From Pseudomonadota bacterium (GTDB taxonomy: Bacteria > Pseudomonadota > Alphaproteobacteria > Caulobacterales > Hyphomonadaceae), in contig JBEAMJ010000040.1 in assembly GCA_041166025.1 (NCBI GenBank), positions 2,421 through 66,420 on the forward strand: DNA of 64,000 nt, given 5' to 3'. The notes under the pieces are model-generated. The model searched no databases. It saw only the letters and a program-made list of their open reading frames with translations, and was not told the DNA's origin. A program made the position numbers and the translations under genes. Positions 61,685-64,000 of the stretch are shown piece by piece. Position 1 is the stretch's first letter; each line of letters opens with the position of its first letter.

Positions 61685-64000
61685 CTAGTAGTTGATCAGC
61701 AGGTCGACGCCCCACGTCCGCGGTAGCGTGAACGAGTAGGTCTGGTACCGGCCGAGGTCTTCGTTGCGGAAGCCGTTGGCCGAAATGCTGGTCGTCTGCT
61801 CCTCGTCGGTGAGGTTGCGAACCCAGAAGGTCAGGCCCAGCGTCTCGTCCGAAGACCGCCAGTTGAGGCGGGCGTCGAGGTTGTCATAGGCCGGCGACAG
61901 CTCGTTGTCATTGTTGAAGAACGAGTCATAGAACTCGTCGCGCCACGAATAGCTCACGGTTGGCAGGAAGTAGGAGCCATCCTCCATGTCGAAGCGATAG
62001 GACGCGTTGAGCGCGACCTTGTGCTCCGGCGATTGAGAGAGCGTGTTGCCTTCGACCGAGCGACGGGCGGTTGGGTCCACCGGCGTCGTGAACGTGGCGC
62101 TGCAGGTCACGCGAGCAGCGGGCGTAGCGCCCACGCAACGCGAGTCACGCGTCGGATCAAGATAGACGTCTGATTCGGTAATTTCGGCCTTCAGGTAGGC
62201 ATAGGTGAAGCCGATGTTCAGCGGGTCGATCGGATTCCAGTTACCCTCGAGTTCAAAGCCGGTGGTCTCGACTTCCGGAAGGTTGACAAACTGTGTCGAA
62301 GCCGTCTGCTGACCGGTGGTCGCGTTGGTCGTTACAACGCTTAGCGGAGCCTGCGCGTCCGTGTACGAGTAGAGGAACACAGCCGCATTGGTCGTCAGGC
62401 CAAGGTCAACCCATTCCTGCTTCCAGCCCGCCTCGTAGGAGTCCACGAACTCGGAGTCGGTATAGGGGTTGAGGCCAAAGCCGAGGTTGTTGAATCCGCC
62501 GGCCTTGTAACCGCGCGAGTACTTGCCGAAGACAAGCGTGTCGTCGAACGGACGATACTCGACGCCTGCAGTGCCCGTCACCGCTTCCCACTCATCCTTG
62601 AGACGGCGCACGGCGAAGCCACGGCTATCGAGGACGGCGTCATAACCGAAGACCGCCGGGTCAGCCGCGATCACGGCGCCATACTGACTGGCGGTGATGT
62701 TGGTATATGCGGGCAGGAAGAATGTTCCCGGGCCAGGATCTCCGTCTATCGTTGTGCAGAGGATGTAGCAGGCGAGGAAGGCTTCTTCTTCCGACTCCTT
62801 GATATCCTTCGAGTAGCGCAGACCGAGCGTGAACTTCAGATGGTCGTTGAACTCGTAGTCTGCCTGTCCATAAATTCCGTAAGCGTTGAACAGGCTTGTA
62901 TTCGAGAAGTGTTGAAGCGTGCGGTTGGGGTTTGCGATGAAGCTCAATGTCGAGGGATTAAAGTACGCGTTGGCCAGCGGCTCATTGGGGAGGGTCTGTA
63001 CCTGGCCCGGCTGCTTCGAGTTTTCCTGGTACTGGTAAGCGCCGACGATCCATTGCAGCGGCCCGTCCATCGTCGAGATCAGGTTGATCTCGTTGGAGAA
63101 GAGCGAGCGGCTTTCCTTGTAGGTGTTAATCACGTCCGGGAAGATTGTGCGCTGGGCGGCCGTGTAGCACACACCCGCAGGCACAGTTCCGGGGAAAGTC
63201 GAAGTGGGGAAACCAACGACGTTTGGTAGGCTGCCGAATCCCCCCGTGCAAAGCGGGCTCGGATTTACCGTCGTGATCGAATTGTATGTGATCGAATCTA
63301 TCGGCGTACCGTCGCCATCGCTGGTCAGCTTGTAGTCGTAGAATGTGTAGCCGCCGATGTACTTGATGTCGAACCAATCGGTCGCATAGACGCCCTCGAA
63401 GATCGCCTCGTCATACTGGTCGAGCGTGGCTTCGGTCGCGTAGTTCGAGTTGTAGGCGTGCTCGCCATTGGTCGCGAACGGGTTGTCGGTGCGGTTGCCG
63501 GTCTGGGTGAAGCTGATCACCGACGGGTTGGAGTAGGCGAATGCCGGGTTCGGGGTCACGCTACCTGAGGGCGCGAAGGTCGACAGGAAAGGCGCTGTCG
63601 AGAATGTCGCCGTCCGACCACCCGGAGGGCCGGCCTTGTCATATCCGGCGTCGGCAACCTTCAGCCACCAGCTGAACCGATCGCCGATCTCGCCTTCGAG
63701 TTGCCCTTCATAGTAGTAGTCGTCAATTTCCCAGCCTTCCTTTTCGTTAGTGCCGTAGTTGAAATCGACGCCTTCACGCTTCTCGCGCTGGCCAGCCACG
63801 CGGTAACGCAGCGAGTCCGCGATCGGACCGGAGACCGCGCCGAGCACGTTGTTGTAGCCGAAATTGCCGAGGCCGAGTTTGAAGTCGACCGACAGCTCAT
63901 CGGTTGGCCGCTTGGAGATCGTGTTGATTGCGCCGCCGATTGCGTTGCGGCCATAAAGCGTGCCTTGCGGGCCGCGCAGGACCTCGACGCGCTGGATGAG
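61685..64000 (-). CDS. TonB-dependent receptor (5' end outside the window)
   Basis: The frame stays open to the window edge. It reads ...VEVLRGPQGTLYGRNAIGGAINT (plug/barrel junction), then a long beta-barrel with a terminal aromatic residue (…LLINY). The track start at 63847 is only an internal GTG. Confidence 0.9.
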   Translation of the reverse strand, partial: LIQRVEVLRGPQGTLYGRNAIGGAINTISKRPTDELSVDFKLGLGNFGYNNVLGAVSGPIADSLRYRVAGQREKREGVDFNYGTNEKEGWEIDDYYYEGQLEGEIGDRFSWWLKVADAGYDKAGPPGGRTATFSTAPFLSTFAPSGSVTPNPAFAYSNPSVISFTQTGNRTDNPFATNGEHAYNSNYATEATLDQYDEAIFEGVYATDWFDIKYIGGYTFYDYKLTSDGDGTPIDSITYNSITTVNPSPLCTGGFGSLPNVVGFPTSTFPGTVPAGVCYTAAQRTIFPDVINTYKESRSLFSNEINLISTMDGPLQWIVGAYQYQENSKQPGQVQTLPNEPLANAYFNPSTLSFIANPNRTLQHFSNTSLFNAYGIYGQADYEFNDHLKFTLGLRYSKDIKESEEEAFLACYILCTTIDGDPGPGTFFLPAYTNITASQYGAVIAADPAVFGYDAVLDSRGFAVRRLKDEWEAVTGTAGVEYRPFDDTLVFGKYSRGYKAGGFNNLGFGLNPYTDSEFVDSYEAGWKQEWVDLGLTTNAAVFLYSYTDAQAPLSVVTTNATTGQQTASTQFVNLPEVETTGFELEGNWNPIDPLNIGFTYAYLKAEITESDVYLDPTRDSRCVGATPAARVTCSATFTTPVDPTARRSVEGNTLSQSPEHKVALNASYRFDMEDGSYFLPTVSYSWRDEFYDSFFNNDNELSPAYDNLDARLNWRSSDETLGLTFWVRNLTDEEQTTSISANGFRNEDLGRYQTYSFTLPRTWGVDLLINY

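Noticed and set aside
1-64000. CRISPR arrays, rRNA or tRNA genes, IS elements, integrases, prophage genes.
   Set aside because: I found no regularly spaced direct repeats, no conserved rRNA or tRNA sequence blocks, and no ORF with transposase, recombinase or phage-structural motifs while reading both strands.

Overview
This 64-kb window is a high-GC (roughly 63-66% by eye), densely coding chromosomal segment. It reads like a free-living or marine alphaproteobacterium: a split PntAA/PntAB/PntB transhydrogenase, an Irr-type Fur regulator with an ICE-like box, a TonB-dependent receptor, and many lipobox lipoproteins. I support about 61 protein-coding genes, one decayed ORF, one REP/MITE-like repeat pair, a few hairpin terminators and three candidate operator sites. 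I saw no rRNA, tRNA, CRISPR array, transposase or integrase.

Most content is ordinary metabolism and transport. It includes the pnt operon, sthA, fbp, aroC, kynU, a thiolase, an acyl-CoA synthetase, GSTs, SDR and OsmC proteins, a YbbA/YbbP-type ABC pair, and AEC, SLC13 and CorA-type transporters.

The most interesting parts, in my order of interest:
1. A divergent pair of RyR-domain proteins at 56.3-58.7 kb: a small soluble one facing a 2-TM, double-Rossmann, RyR membrane protein. They sit in a patch that looks lower in GC, next to a decayed ORF. This is the best candidate for an uncharacterised system.
2. Two paralogous lipoprotein quinohemoproteins (N-terminal cytochrome c plus PQQ propeller, polyvinyl-alcohol-dehydrogenase-like) bracketing a secreted three-EF-hand protein, with atypical alpha/beta-hydrolase neighbours (9-16.4 kb).
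3. A translationally coupled module of DUF3604, a membrane PPIase and HupE/UreJ (42.4-46.2 kb).
4. A DhlA-like haloalkane dehalogenase with a complete catalytic pentad wedged inside the pnt operon.
5. A 276-nt highly structured leader in front of a DUF6152 protein, and a secreted protein family present at two loci, one of them next to the TonB-dependent receptor.
6. A RipABC-like CoA-dependent C5-dicarboxylate (itaconate-type) catabolic operon.

All functional calls come from motif-level reading of the translated ORFs. No database search was run.
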